Assembly (NCBI GenBank): GCA_963762145.1 | Contig: CAVXJS010000021.1 | Coordinates: 960,001 to 1,024,000, forward strand | Length of the DNA stretch: 64,000 nucleotides | Reading direction: 5' to 3' | Source of the DNA: an uncultured Candidatus Rokubacteria bacterium | GTDB lineage: Bacteria > Methylomirabilota > Methylomirabilia > Rokubacteriales > CSP1-6 | Part shown: piece after piece, positions 11,435-22,666 of the stretch | Layout of the letters: every line of letters starts with the position of its first letter | Position numbering within the stretch: the stretch's first letter is position 1 | The notes under the pieces: generated by a model | What the model was told of the DNA's origin: nothing | Databases searched by the model: none | Seen by the model: only the letters and a program-made list of their open reading frames with translations | Made by a program: the position numbers and the translations under genes

Positions 11435-12185
11435 TCACCCTAGATACGCCCCGCCGTTTGCGTGGATGAGCTCGCCGGTGATGAACGCGGCCTCTTCCGA
11501 GGCGAGGAACACGGCGACCCGCGCGATCTCGTCGGGCTGCGCCATGCGCCCGAGCGGGATCTCCTGCGCGCGCGCCGCGATCTGCTCCTCGGTATTGCCG
11601 TAGCGGGGCTGCTGCGTGTCGGTCAGGCCGGGCGCGATGGCGTTGACGCGGATGCGATGCGGGGCCAGCGCGAGGGCCATCGCGCGGGTCATGCCGAGCA
11701 CACCCGCCTTGCTGGCCGAGTAGTGCACGCCGCGCGCGTCGCCCCGGATGGCGGAGGACGAGATGTTGATGATCGCGCCCGGCTTCCCGGCCGCCACCAT
11801 CGCGCGTGCCGCCGCCTGGGCGCACAGGAAGCCGCCCTTGAGATTCACCCCGAGCACGTGATCCCACTCCGACTCGGCCAGCTCGAGGAACGGGGCGCGC
11901 GGGAAGACCCCCGCGTTGTTGACGAGGATGTCGGGCGTGCCCAGCGCCGCGGTCGCCGCCGCCATCATCCCCGCGACATCCTCGCGCCGCGCGACGTCAC
12001 CCGCGACGGTCATCGCCTTGCCGCCGTGGCTCCGGACCTCGGCCGCGACGCGCTCGGCGGCCGCGCGGTCGTCCAGGAAGTTGACACAGACACTGGCGCC
12101 GTCTCGTCCCAGCGCGATGGCGATGGCCCGGCCGATGCCCTGCTGGGCGCCCGTGACGAGCGCAACCCTGACCGTCGAGTCGCAT
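11435..12185 (-). CDS. SDR family oxidoreductase; frameshift just after the start
   Basis: VALVTGAQQGIG, NNAG, YSASK, RVNAIAPG. Confidence 0.88.
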
Positions 12186-12213
12186 GGACGAGAAGGAGGG
12201 CGGCCGGCGCGGG

Positions 12214-12666
12214 CTACTGCGTGGGCGGCGGCGCCGGCGCCGCCGGCGGGGAAGCCGGAGCGCTGGGGACCCACACCCACTGCCAGGGCTGCGACACGCC
12301 GTCGCCGTAGAGCACGTACTTGCCGTGCGCGTACACCACCTCACGGTTCACCGGCGGCGGCGCCACGTAGGTCGTCGGGGCCTGCTGGTAGGTGACGACG
12401 GGCGGCGACGAGTAGTAGTAGCTCGGCCCATAGTAGTAGGACGGGTAGTACGGGTAGTACGCGTAGGGGTACCGGTACGGCGCGGCGAGCGCGGCGCCCA
12501 GCGCCAGGCCGCCGACGAAGAAGCCCGCTCCGTAGCCATACCCGCCACGATAGTAGCCGCCACGGTAGTAACCACCCCTCCCGCCGGCCCAGGCATCGGC
12601 CGGCACGAGCGCCACCGGGACCAGGACCGCCACCACCAGGAGCCACGCCATCCACTTCTTGCTCAT
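12214..12666 (-). CDS. Gly/Tyr/Pro-rich secreted protein
   Basis: Signal peptide, then GGYYRGGYYRGG and YPYAYYPYYPSYYY low-complexity segments. Confidence 0.7.
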   Translation of the reverse strand: MSKKWMAWLLVVAVLVPVALVPADAWAGGRGGYYRGGYYRGGYGYGAGFFVGGLALGAALAAPYRYPYAYYPYYPSYYYGPSYYYSSPPVVTYQQAPTTYVAPPPVNREVVYAHGKYVLYGDGVSQPWQWVWVPSAPASPPAAPAPPPTQ

Positions 12667-12733
12667 ACCCGTCCTCCTGGCCCACATCTTACACCGTGGG
12701 CGAGCGCTCCTGGCTGGTACCCTTCAGGGGGCC

Positions 12734-14050
12734 ATGACGCACCCCGTCTTCCCGCTCCGCGCGGTCACCGCTCTGTTTCTGGAGCGGCAGCACCTGACCC
12801 GGCCGCGCGTCCGGCCGCTCACCCCCGCGCGCTTGACCCGGTTCGTCGAGGACGTGGGCGGGCTGCAGATGGACTCGATCAACGTGCTCGACCGCGCCCA
12901 CTACCTGACGGTCTGGAGCCGCTTCGGCCCCTACGATCGGCCGCGCCTCGATCGGCTGGTCTATCGCCGCCGGCTCTTTCTCGAGTACTGGGCCCACGCG
13001 GCCTGCCTGGTGCCCGCCTCGATGCTGCCCTGGTGGCGGCGCGCGATGCTCGACTACCAGCGACGGCACACCGGCTGGTCCAACTGGCTCCGGCGCAACA
13101 CGAAGCTCCTCGGGCTCGTGACCGAGACGATCCGCGCCAACGGTCCGATGAGCCATGGCGAGATGGAGGAGCGCGGGCCGCGCCGCGGCAGCCGGGGGTG
13201 GTGGAACTGGCGGCCGGTCCAGCACGCGATCCACTATCTCTGGATGACCGGCGTGCTCACCGTGCACTCGCGCCGGCATTTCCAGAAGCGCTACGATCTC
13301 CTCGAGCGCGCGGTCGCGCCCACCGGGACGGAGCCGGTGTCCGCCGAGCAGTTCCTGCGCTGGCACGTGGAGCGGTCGCTCCACGCGATGGGCGCGGCCA
13401 CCGAGCTCGACCTGAGCCGGTACCTCACCTACCCGCGCCTGCCGCGAGCCGCGCGCCGCGCGGCCCTCCGCGCGATGGTGACCGAGGGCCTCGTGACCGA
13501 GATCACGGTGAAGGACCGGGCCGGCCGCTGGCTCGTGCTGACCCGCGACCTGCCCGCGCTCCGCCGCGCGGGCCGGCGCCGCACCGTCGCGGACGGGACC
13601 ACCCTGCTCGCGCCCTTCGACTCGCTCCTCTGGCACCGCGACCGGGTCTCACGGCTGTTCGGCTTCGACTACCGCATCGAGGTCTACACGCCGGGCCCGA
13701 AGCGCGTGCACGGCTACTACACGCTCCCGATCCTCCACCACGGCCACCTCATCGGCCGGCTGGACGCCAAGGCCCATCGCGGCGCCCGGTGGCTGGAGGT
13801 GCGCCACGTGCACTTCGAGCGGTGGCTCGCCCGGGGCGAGTCGCCCCCCGCGGGCTTGGGCGAGGTGGACCGGGATCAGGTCGTGACGGAGCTCGCCGAC
13901 GCGCTGGTCTCCCTGGGCGCGTTCGTCGGCGCGGAGCGCATCACGCTCGGCCGCGTGACGCCGGGCCGCCTGCGCGCCCCGCTCCGGCGCGCGGTCACTT
14001 CTTCCGGTACACGTTCAGCCCCACCTTCTCCTCCCGCTCCGGAACCGTGA
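12734..14050 (+). CDS. ycaQ: YcaQ/AlkZ family (HTH_42) crosslink-repair DNA glycosylase
   Basis: LQMDSINVLDRAHYLTVWSR (QxD), EYWAHAAC, LLAPFDSLLWHRDR, DYRIEVYTP..KRVHGYY. Confidence 0.88.
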   Translation: MTHPVFPLRAVTALFLERQHLTRPRVRPLTPARLTRFVEDVGGLQMDSINVLDRAHYLTVWSRFGPYDRPRLDRLVYRRRLFLEYWAHAACLVPASMLPWWRRAMLDYQRRHTGWSNWLRRNTKLLGLVTETIRANGPMSHGEMEERGPRRGSRGWWNWRPVQHAIHYLWMTGVLTVHSRRHFQKRYDLLERAVAPTGTEPVSAEQFLRWHVERSLHAMGAATELDLSRYLTYPRLPRAARRAALRAMVTEGLVTEITVKDRAGRWLVLTRDLPALRRAGRRRTVADGTTLLAPFDSLLWHRDRVSRLFGFDYRIEVYTPGPKRVHGYYTLPILHHGHLIGRLDAKAHRGARWLEVRHVHFERWLARGESPPAGLGEVDRDQVVTELADALVSLGAFVGAERITLGRVTPGRLRAPLRRAVTSSGTRSAPPSPPAPEP

Positions 14051-14171
14051 TGTTCCCCTCGGTGGAGGCGATGATGATGGTCTTGCCCGAGGCGGACGGA
14101 CCGAACTCCTTGGTGAGGTCCACCTTGATCGTCAGGATGTTTCCGGCTACCGTCATCTCCACGTTTTTCAT
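13995..14171 (-). CDS. Small hypothetical protein (58 aa)
   Basis: MKNVEMTVAGNILTIKVDLTKEFGPSASGKTIIIASTEGN..KVGLNVYRKK; GAGG SD; typical codon usage. Confidence 0.75.
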   Translation of the reverse strand: MKNVEMTVAGNILTIKVDLTKEFGPSASGKTIIIASTEGNITVPEREEKVGLNVYRKK

Positions 14172-14201
14172 GTCCTCACTCACTTTCCTGGGAGGTGCAC
14201 C

Positions 14202-14681
14202 ATGAGCGCACGGGCCGAGTCGCTGGCGAAACAGTTCGAGACCAAGGCCGCCGAGCTGACCGCGGTGATCAGGGGCCTCTCCGACGCCGACTGGAAGAAG
14301 ACCACCGAGGCCGAGAAGTGGTCCGTCGGGGTCACCGCGCATCACGTCGCGGGCAGCCACGAGGGCATCCTCGGCATCGTGAAGACCCTCGCCGCCGGCC
14401 AGTCGATTCCGAACTTTACCATGGACATGCTGCACGAGATGAACGCCAAGCACGCGAAGGAGCAGGCCGGCTGCACCAAGGCCGAGACCCTCGCGCTCCA
14501 CGAGAAGAACGCGGCCGCGGCCGCCGCGGTGGTGCGCGGGCTCTCCGACGCCGAGCTCGACCAGAAGGGGACGGTGCTCGCCGGGATGCCGGCGATGACC
14601 ACCCAGCAGGTGGTCGAGGCCATCCTGATCAACCACATCAACGATCACATGGGCAGCATCCGCAAGACCGTCGGCGGCTGA
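14202..14681 (+). CDS. DinB/maleylpyruvate isomerase N-terminal-like protein
   Basis: WSVGVTAHHVA and C-terminal HINDH metal-binding pattern; SD GGAGG. Confidence 0.75.
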   Translation: MSARAESLAKQFETKAAELTAVIRGLSDADWKKTTEAEKWSVGVTAHHVAGSHEGILGIVKTLAAGQSIPNFTMDMLHEMNAKHAKEQAGCTKAETLALHEKNAAAAAAVVRGLSDAELDQKGTVLAGMPAMTTQQVVEAILINHINDHMGSIRKTVGG

Positions 14682-14690
14682 GCGCCCGGC

Positions 14691-15071
14691 GTGCGAGCCG
14701 TCGCGACGCTGCTGACCGTGCTGGTGGCGGTGGAGCACATCGGGATCATGGTGCTGGAGATGTTCTTCTGGGATCACCCGGTGGGCCGCCGGGTCTTCAA
14801 CATGACGCCGGAGGTCTCGGCGACCTCCCGGGTGCTCGCGGCGAACCAGGGCCTCTACAACGGCTTCCTCGCGGCGGGACTCTTCTGGGGGCTCTCGCGG
14901 GGCGATCGGCGGGTGAAGGTGTTCTTCCTCGTCTGCGTGGTGGTCGCGGGCCTCTTCGGCGGCCTCACCGCGAAGCCGTCGATCGTGCTGACCCAGGCCC
15001 TGCCCGCAGCCCTCGCGCTGGCGGCCTACTTCTTGAGCCGGACGTCCTCCAGGGGCGCCGACCACGGGTAG
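14691..15071 (+). CDS. DUF1304 membrane protein
   Basis: VAVEHIGIMVLEMFFW..LAANQGLYNGFLAAGL..QALPA. Confidence 0.85.
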   Translation: MRAVATLLTVLVAVEHIGIMVLEMFFWDHPVGRRVFNMTPEVSATSRVLAANQGLYNGFLAAGLFWGLSRGDRRVKVFFLVCVVVAGLFGGLTAKPSIVLTQALPAALALAAYFLSRTSSRGADHG

Positions 15072-16555
15072 GGATCGATCAGCATCAGCGCGGGCTCGGC
15101 CACCCGCGGGCCGACGGCGCTCGGCCAGATGTAGTCCATGATCGGCGCGAAACGTACCCGCTCGTGGATGAGGCGCTGGATCTGGTGGAGCTGGGCCTCC
15201 CGCTTGCGGGGATCGGTCTCGCGGGCCTGCTGCTTGTAGAGGGCATCGATGTCCGGATAGCCGCCGTACGCGAAGGCGCCGTCGCTGGGCACCGTCTCGG
15301 CGATGCGCGAGGCCGCGTTGCCATAGACCGCGTTGATGCAGACGCAGAGGCCCTTGAGCTTCTTCGACGCGAGCGCCGGGTAGAAGGCGGCGCGCTCCAT
15401 GATCCGCAGCCGCACCTTGATCCCGACCGCGCCGAGATAGTTGCCGACCGCCTCGCCCATCGAGGTATAGGGCGGCCACGGGTAGAGCTCGCCCGCGTCG
15501 AATCCGTTGGGGTACCCGGCCTCGGCCAGCAGCTGCTTCGCCTTCGCGGGATCGTACGGGTGAGGATCGAGCGGGAGCGCGAACTCGAACTTCCGCGGGA
15601 TCAGGCTCCCGTTGGGCCGGGAGGCGCCGAGCGTCTCCGCCTCGCTCAGGGCCTGACGGTCGAGCGCGAGACTGGCAGCCAGCCGTACCCGCCGGTCGTG
15701 CCAGGGCGATTTCGGATCCCACTGATCAAAGTAGTCGAGGTAGTAGGTTCCGATGCCGCCCGAGAAGGCGAGCTTGAGCGAGGGGTCCTTCTTGATGTCC
15801 TGCGCCTGCGGGGCATCCAGGAGATAGGCCAGGTCCACCTCGCCGCGCTTGAGCATGGCCAGCCGGGTGTTGGCGTCGGGCACGCTCTTGTAGACCAGCC
15901 GCTTGACCGAGGGCATCTTGCGCCAGTAGCCCTCGTAGGCCTCCATCACCAGCTCGACGCCCGGCGTGTGGCTGACGAACTTGTAGGGCCCGAGACCCAC
16001 CGGATTCTTCTTGAAGCCGTCGGGCCCCACCTGCTCCATGTACTTCTTGGGGGCGATCCAGCCCGCGCTGGTCGCGTAGGTGCCGTAGAAGGTCATGAAG
16101 TCGGGCCACGGCTCGTGGAGGTGGAAGCGCACCCGGTAGGGCCCCGCGACTTCCACGTCGCGCACCTTCTCCTGGAGCACCTTGGCACCCTTGGCGCGGT
16201 GGAAGCTCCACCGCACGTCCTCGGACGTGAACGGGTCGCCGTTGTGGAACTTCACGCCCTCGCGCAGCTTGAACTCGTACACCCGCCCGTCCGGGCTCAC
16301 CTTCCACGACTCGGCCAGGCTCGGGGCGAGGAGATTGCCGGGCATCGGCTTCACGAGCGCGTCGTGCATCGCGGTGAGCACCCAGAACGGGGTCAGCACG
16401 CCCACCACCTCGGCCGGATCGAACCAGGCCGGCGCGAGCGTCACGTAGAGCGCCCAGCGCATCTCGCCCTCGGGCTTGGCCTGGGCGGAGGCGGGAGCGA
16501 GACCGGCACCGAGCAGCAGGACGACCACCAGGATCACGGACACGAGAGCGCGCAT
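15026..16555 (-). CDS. Peptide/nickel ABC substrate-binding protein (family 5)
   Basis: Signal peptide; PSLAESW, FKLREGVKFHNGDPFTSEDV, GLGPYKF. Confidence 0.9.
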   Translation of the reverse strand: MRALVSVILVVVLLLGAGLAPASAQAKPEGEMRWALYVTLAPAWFDPAEVVGVLTPFWVLTAMHDALVKPMPGNLLAPSLAESWKVSPDGRVYEFKLREGVKFHNGDPFTSEDVRWSFHRAKGAKVLQEKVRDVEVAGPYRVRFHLHEPWPDFMTFYGTYATSAGWIAPKKYMEQVGPDGFKKNPVGLGPYKFVSHTPGVELVMEAYEGYWRKMPSVKRLVYKSVPDANTRLAMLKRGEVDLAYLLDAPQAQDIKKDPSLKLAFSGGIGTYYLDYFDQWDPKSPWHDRRVRLAASLALDRQALSEAETLGASRPNGSLIPRKFEFALPLDPHPYDPAKAKQLLAEAGYPNGFDAGELYPWPPYTSMGEAVGNYLGAVGIKVRLRIMERAAFYPALASKKLKGLCVCINAVYGNAASRIAETVPSDGAFAYGGYPDIDALYKQQARETDPRKREAQLHQIQRLIHERVRFAPIMDYIWPSAVGPRVAEPALMLIDPYPWSAPLEDVRLKK

Positions 16556-16560
16556 GGGTC

Positions 16561-17461
16561 TTAGCCTCGAAGCTTCGGATCCCACGCGTCCCGCAGCGTG
16601 TCGCCGAAGAGATTGAACCCCAGGACGGCCAGGCTGATCGCCAGGCCCGGGAAGAGCGCGAGCCACGGCGCCTGCTCCATGAACGCGCGGCCGGTGCTGC
16701 TGAGCATGAGGCCCCACGAGGGCATCGGCGGCTGGGTGCCCACGCCGAGGAAGGACAGCGACGCCTCGATCAGGATGGCGTTGCCGAGCCAGATGGAGGC
16801 GATGACCAGGATCGGCGCGGTCACGTTGGGCAGGATGTGGCTCAGGATGATCCGCGGATGGCGGCAGCCGATCGCCTGCGCGGCCTCCACGTAGCGGTTC
16901 TGCTTGGCGGCCAGCACCGCGCCGCGGACGATCCGCGAGTTGCCGGGGATGATCACCATCGCGATCGCGAGCATCGCGTTGGTGGTGTTGGGCGTGAGCA
17001 CCGAGACGATGGCCAGCGCCAGCACCAGCCCGGGGATCGCCTGGATCGCATCCATGATGCGCTGGAGCACGAGATCGGTGCGCCCCTCGCAGTAGCCGGA
17101 CACGAGCCCGATGATCATGCCCGCGATCGTGCCGATGCCGACCGCGAGCAGCCCGACCCAGAGCGAGATGCGGCTGCCGTAGATGACGCGGCTCAGCACG
17201 TCTCGCCCGATGTCGTCGGTGCCGAAGGGGTGCTCCCAGCTCGGGGCCGCGAGCCGGATCTCCGGCTGGGCCGCGAGCGGGTCGTAGGGCGCGAGCACGT
17301 CGGCGAAGATCGCGGTGAGCACGATCACCGCGATGAGCGCGGCCGAGACGAGCCCCGAGCGGCTTGCGCCGCATCACGGTCCAGAGCGCCCGCGCGCGAC
17401 CCGAGCTCGACGCAGTGGGCTCGGCCGTCCGAAGTGGGCCGCGGGCGCGTGTCACGGCCAT
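16561..17461 (-). CDS. Peptide ABC permease (DppC-like); frameshift near 17350
   Basis: HPFGTDDIGRDVLSRVIYGSRISL, YVEAAQAIG, HILPNV, EASLSFLG. Confidence 0.88.
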
Positions 17462-17475
17462 CGCGGGCCCTCGCC

Positions 17476-18427
17476 TCACTGGTACCGGATGCGCGGGTCG
17501 AGCCACGCGTAGGTGAGATCCACCAGCAGGTTCAGCGTGACCAGCGTGCCCGCCACCAGCATCACGTTGGTCTGCACCACCGGGTAGTCGCGGAAGAGGA
17601 TCGCCTCCACGGTCAGCCGGCCCATGCCGGGCAGCGCGAAGATCGTCTCCACGATCACGGTGCCGGCCAGCAGCACCCCGAGCTGGCCGCCGACGATGGT
17701 CACCACCGGGATCAGCGCGTTCTTGAGCGCGTGCTTGTAGACCACGATGCGGCCCTCGAGCCCCTTGGCCCAGGCGGTGCGCACGTAGTCCTCGCGCAGA
17801 ACCTCGAGAACGGTTGAACGAGTCATTCTCATAGTCGCGGCGGAGAGGCGGAAGCCGAGCACCGCGGCGGGCAGCAGGAACTGCTGGAGGTTGCGGAGCG
17901 GCGACTCCCAGAAGCTCACGTAGCCGATCGCGGGAATCCAGTGGAACCAGATCGCGGCGAACGTGATGACGAGCGTGCCCAGCCAGAAGTCGGGCAGCGA
18001 CAGGCCCGACACCGCCACCACCCGCCCCACGTAGTCGGACGCGGTGTCCTGCCGCGTGGCCGACAGGACGCCGATCGGGATGGCGACGACCAGCCCGAGG
18101 ATCATCGCGAGCGCGGCGAGCTCGAGGGTGACCGGGATCGCCTTGGCCAGGCTGGTGGTGATGGGCTCGCCGGTGAAGATGCGAGTCGCCGGGATGGAGG
18201 CTCACCATCTGCCAGAGCCAGATCAGGTACTGCTCGTAGTACGGCAGGTCGAGGCCGAGGTCGACCCGGAGCTTCTGCAGCTCCTTCTCGCCGATGTTGC
18301 CGGACTCGCCCATGAGGGCGGTGAGCGCGTCCCCCGGCATGACGCGCATCAGCCCGAAGACGATCAGCGAGGACAGCAGGAGCACCGGCACCGCCAGCAT
18401 GAACCGGCGGAGCGTGTACTTGTACAT
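17476..18427 (-). CDS. Peptide ABC permease (DppB-like); frameshift near 18185
   Basis: MRVMPGDA, EDYVRTAWAKGL, KHALKNALIPV, ETIFALPGMG, RDYPVVQ. Confidence 0.88.
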
Positions 18428-18451
18428 CGCGCGCGGCCTCTCCCGCGCCCC

Positions 18452-20149
18452 CTACTTCTCCAGCCAGACCCGCGAGATGGTGGAGGAGCCGTAGCCGTCG
18501 GTGCGCCGGAGGGCGGCCGCGGCCCCGTTGCGCACGTGCGGCTGGAAGACCAGGAACCCGTTGTCGTAGGGCATCCACATCCGCAGCACCTGGTCGAACT
18601 CCCGATCGACGATCTTCTTGGTGAGGGCGCGCTGATCGGCCTGTCCCGGCGTCTGGCGCAGCTTGGTGGTCAGCTCGTCGATGACCGGATCGGCGACGCG
18701 GAAGAAGTTCTTCGTCGACTTCGAGTGCATGTACTGGTAGGTCCGCTCGTCGAGACCGATCGCGTGGCCGGACTGGAAGCCCCACGCCATGCCGTCCCAC
18801 TTGCTCTCGACGTAACGCCCGTAGTAGGTCGTGTAGTCGAGCTTGGTGATCTTGACGTTGATGTTGAGGTTGCGCTTGAGATCCTGCTGCACGAGCTGCA
18901 CCTGCGAGGTCATCTGCGGGAAGTACTCGTAGTAGAACAGGGTGGTCTCGAAGCCGTTCGGGTGCCCGGCCTCGGCCAGGAGCTTCTTGGCCTCCGCGGG
19001 GCGGTACTGCCACCACGGGCCGAGCTCGGCCAGCGGTGGGCGGCTTGTCCTGGTAGTAGATGTACGGGTACGCCCCAGCCGAGGATGCCGTGCCCCTCGA
19101 AGATGGTGTCCACCTGCTTCTGCCGGTCGATCGCCATCGAGAGCGCCCGGCGCACGCGCACGTCGTTGAAGGGCGGCTTGTCCTGGGCCAGCGCCATGCC
19201 GAACGGGGTCAGGGTGTTGTGGTACGACTGCACGATCGCGCTCGGCGTTCGTCTTGCGGACGCGTCTCCACCTCGGAGGGGCTCGCGAGCCAGATGAAGT
19301 CGCTCTGCCCGGTTCGGAACGCGGCCATCCGGGTCGCCGCGTCCGGGGTCGAGAGGATCACGTACTCGTCCACGTACGGGCGGCCCTTGTCCCAGTAGTC
19401 CGGATTGCGCGTCGAGCACCACCCGGACCTTCCGGTTGTGCTCCTTCAGGATGAACGGGCCGGTCCCGATCATGCGCTTCTTGAGATCGCCGTCCTCCTC
19501 CAGCACCTCGCGGGAGAAGATCACCGTGATCGGCTCCGCCACGTTCTGCGGGAAGAGCACGTTGGGGGTCTTGAGGTGGATGCGGACGGTGTGCTTGTCC
19601 GGCGTCTCGATGCCCTCGACCTCCTGGAAGGTGAAGGACTGCGCCCCTTCCTTCGCGTAGGCCTCGAGGCAGTACTTGACGTCGGCGGCCACGAACTCGC
19701 GCCCGTTGAGCGGCGCCACGTTGTGCCACTTCACGCCCTGGCGCAGCTTGAAGGTCCACACGCGGGCGTCGGGGGTCGACGTCCACGACTCCGCGAGGTC
19801 GCCCTTGAGGCTCATGTCGGAGGGGCCGGTCACCTCGTCCGGGAACGCGTAGCGGACCAGCCGGCTGCCGACGAGGCCCGCGAACTGGTAGAGGCCGACC
19901 GACTGGGTCAGTCGCGGATCCATCACCGGCGGATCCCAGGCGGAGGCGCGGGTCAGCAGTCCCGCCCCGCTTGGGCGGCTTGGGGCTGGCCGGGATCCAG
20001 TCCGGATGCGCAGCCCCCGCCTGGGCGAGGGCGCGCCGGCGGCCGGGGCCAGCGACGAGGGCGGTGGCGCCCAAGCCGGTCCATCCAGCACGCGTGAGGA
20101 ATTGACGGCGGTTGAGCCGGTTACGCTGGCCGGGGCGATCGAAGGGCAT
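18452..20149 (-). CDS. Peptide ABC substrate-binding protein (family 5) with Tat signal; several frameshifts
   Basis: NRRQFL, GDLAESW, FKLRQGVKWH, IGTGPFIL, PFNDVRVRRALSMAIDR. Confidence 0.82.
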
Positions 20150-20284
20150 CGCGGCTCTCCTTCTCACGTGGTCGTGAAGGAAAGGACCTCCGAGCGAACT
20201 CGAGCCGATGCGTCATTACACCGGCTCCGAGTGCCCGGGACTATGCCGCACCCCGAGCGTCGAAGTCAAGCTATGCTACCGGCC

Positions 20285-21361
20285 ATGGACTTCGGACTGT
20301 TCTTCCTGATGCAGCGCGACGAGCAATGGAGCGAGCGGGCGGTCTACGACTCGGGTCTCGAGCAGATGCTGGCCGCCGAGGCCCTCGGCTACTCGTCGGT
20401 CTGGATCGCCGAGCACCACTTCAACGACTACGGCCTCTGCCCCGTCCCGCCGGTGCTCGCCGCGTACCTGGCCGCCCGCACCCGCGCGCTCCGCCTCGGC
20501 ATGGGGGTGAGCCTGCTGCCGCTCCATCACCCGGTGGACCTGGCCGAGCAGCTCGCGGTGCTGGACGTGGTGAGCGGCGGCCGGCTCGACGTGGGCATCG
20601 GGCGCGGCGGCACCCTGCAGGACTACCAGACCTTCCAGTCCGACCGCGAGGACAGCCGGGCCCGCGTCGAGGAAGGCATCGCGCTGATCCAGAAGTCGTG
20701 GAGCGGCGAGCCGTTCGACTTCGCGGGACGCTTCCACTCCGCCGAGCGGCTGCACGTGCGCCCGCGCCCGGTGCAGCGGCCGCACCCGCCGCTCTACATC
20801 GCGGCCAACAGCGAGGACAGCGTGCACTCGGCGGCGCGCCTGGGCCTGCCCACGCTCTCCTCGTTCTTCGTGCCGATCGAGGAGCTGCAGCGCCGGCATC
20901 AGCTCTATCGCGAGGAGTCGCGGGCGCTCGGGCGGTCGGAGGGTGAGATCGCGGCGCTCGAGGACCGCGCGTGGGGGATGCGCGTCGTCCACGTCGCGCC
21001 GGACCGCGAGGCCGCCCTCCGCGCGGTCGAGGGCCCGTTCATGGGCTACCAGCGCAAGATGTCCGTCCTGCGCTCCGATTCCAGCGGGGGCAGCGTGCCC
21101 AGCTCGTTCAACCGCTCGCTGCTCCGGCTGCGGACGTTCCCGGAGTACCTCGCGGACGGCTGGGCCCTCATCGGCTCACCCGCCGAGGTGCGCGAGGGCC
21201 TGCAGAAGTACCTCGACGCCACCGGCTACCGGCACGTGCTGCTGCTGATGGCGCTGCCGGGTCTCGACACCGCCCTGGCGATGCGCTCGATGAAGCTCTT
21301 CACCGAGCAGGTGGCGCCCGCGATGGCGCCCGCGAGCCGGCCGGTCGTGACCGGCCGCTGA
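20285..21361 (+). CDS. LLM class (luciferase-like) monooxygenase
   Basis: SVWIAEHHFNDYG, LPLHHPVDLAEQLAVLDVVSGGRLDVGIGRG, PRPVQRPHPP. Confidence 0.9.
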   Translation: MDFGLFFLMQRDEQWSERAVYDSGLEQMLAAEALGYSSVWIAEHHFNDYGLCPVPPVLAAYLAARTRALRLGMGVSLLPLHHPVDLAEQLAVLDVVSGGRLDVGIGRGGTLQDYQTFQSDREDSRARVEEGIALIQKSWSGEPFDFAGRFHSAERLHVRPRPVQRPHPPLYIAANSEDSVHSAARLGLPTLSSFFVPIEELQRRHQLYREESRALGRSEGEIAALEDRAWGMRVVHVAPDREAALRAVEGPFMGYQRKMSVLRSDSSGGSVPSSFNRSLLRLRTFPEYLADGWALIGSPAEVREGLQKYLDATGYRHVLLLMALPGLDTALAMRSMKLFTEQVAPAMAPASRPVVTGR

Positions 21362-21383
21362 CCCGCGGGCACCGCGCCCCGGC

Positions 21384-22646
21384 CTAGCCGCCGACCGTCA
21401 CCCCGCTCCGGGGGGCGCCCGCCTCCGCGCCGTTCGTGCTCGCGCGCCCGCGCGACGCCGCCGCGTCCGCCTTCGCGAAGTCGGCCTCGGTGAAGCCGTA
21501 GAGGTGCGCCCCGCCCATCAGGATCTGCGCGGCGGTCTCGCGCGAGCAGCTCTTGAGCACGTTCTCCGACACGTTGGGGAAGTTCGAGTCGAAGTGCGGG
21601 TAGTCGGTGGAGACGCACATCCGGTCGGCGCCGATCAGGCCGGCGGTCGCCTCGATCTCCGGCTCGCTGCCCTCGACCGCGGCCCAGCAGTTGCGGCGGA
21701 AGTACTCCTTCGGGGTCAGGGAGAGGTACGGGCGCGTGCGTGTCGCGATACTGCGGGTAGTCCCACTCGATGCGCGACAGGATGCCGGGCACCCACGAGT
21801 TCTGCGCCTCGAGGAAGCCGACGCGCAGCTTCGGATGGAACTCGAACACGCCGCCGATGATCATGGCGATCAGCGCCTGCTGCATCTCGATCCAGTGGCT
21901 GGCCACGTGGCGGTAGAAGCGGTTCTCGCCGTAGAGCACGTTCATGTGCGAGTTCCACGCGCCGGTGCCCTCGTGGAAGCCCCAGGTGACGTTCAGCTCC
22001 TCGTGCAGGGTGTAGAGCGGATCCCAGTAGTTCGAGTGCCAGTAGTGGCCGTTGACCAGGTTCGGCCGGATGAACGACCCGACCGCGCCCAGCTCGCGCA
22101 CGCAGCGCATGCAGCTCCCGGCAGGCCAGATGCACGTCGTGCACCGGCAGCATCGCCACGAACTTGAGCCGCTCGGGGCTGTAGCCGGCAGAACTCGTGG
22201 ATCCAGTTGTTGTAGGCCTGGCAGAGGGCGAGCGAGAGCTGCGGGTCCATGTTGTCGCGCGCGAGCAGGCTCAGGCCGGTGGTCGGGTAGAGGACCGCGA
22301 TGTCGACGCCCTCGATCGCCATGCCCATCACCTGCGCCTCGGGGTCGTAGTTGCGCTCGATCGCGAAGTCGAGCCGGTTCGTCCCCTGCAGCCGCGAGCC
22401 GGAGAGCGGCTGCGTGCTGTGCGCGCTGGCCGCCCCGCCGCGGCTGCGCTTGCGGTACTGCTGCAGCTCGGCGTCCATCGTGGTGGGCAGCCCGTCGATG
22501 ACGATGGTGCCGCGCTTCGGGCGGCCGTCGGCGCCGATCGGCAGGATCACCCGGTCGCGGAACTTCGGATCCAGGTACCGCTCGAAGAGATCGGGCGGCT
22601 CCATGATGTGCATGTCGGAGTCGACGAAGCGGAGGTTGTCTTTCAT
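21384..22646 (-). CDS. Amidohydrolase (Amidohydro_2) family; frameshifts
   Basis: VDSDMHIMEP, AYNNWIHEFC, GFHEG, FLEAQNSW, STDYPHFDS. Confidence 0.85.
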
Positions 22647-22666
22647 GGCTCGGGCCTCCTGTGGTC

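Noticed and set aside
12400-12575. GTAGTA-type short repeats
   Set aside because: These are Tyr/Gly codons of a low-complexity protein with no repeat-spacer structure, so not CRISPR.
15026-18427. 1133-aa permease-SBP fusion ORF
   Set aside because: It arises from a frameshift in dppB that joins off-frame sequence to the SBP; three separate genes explain it.
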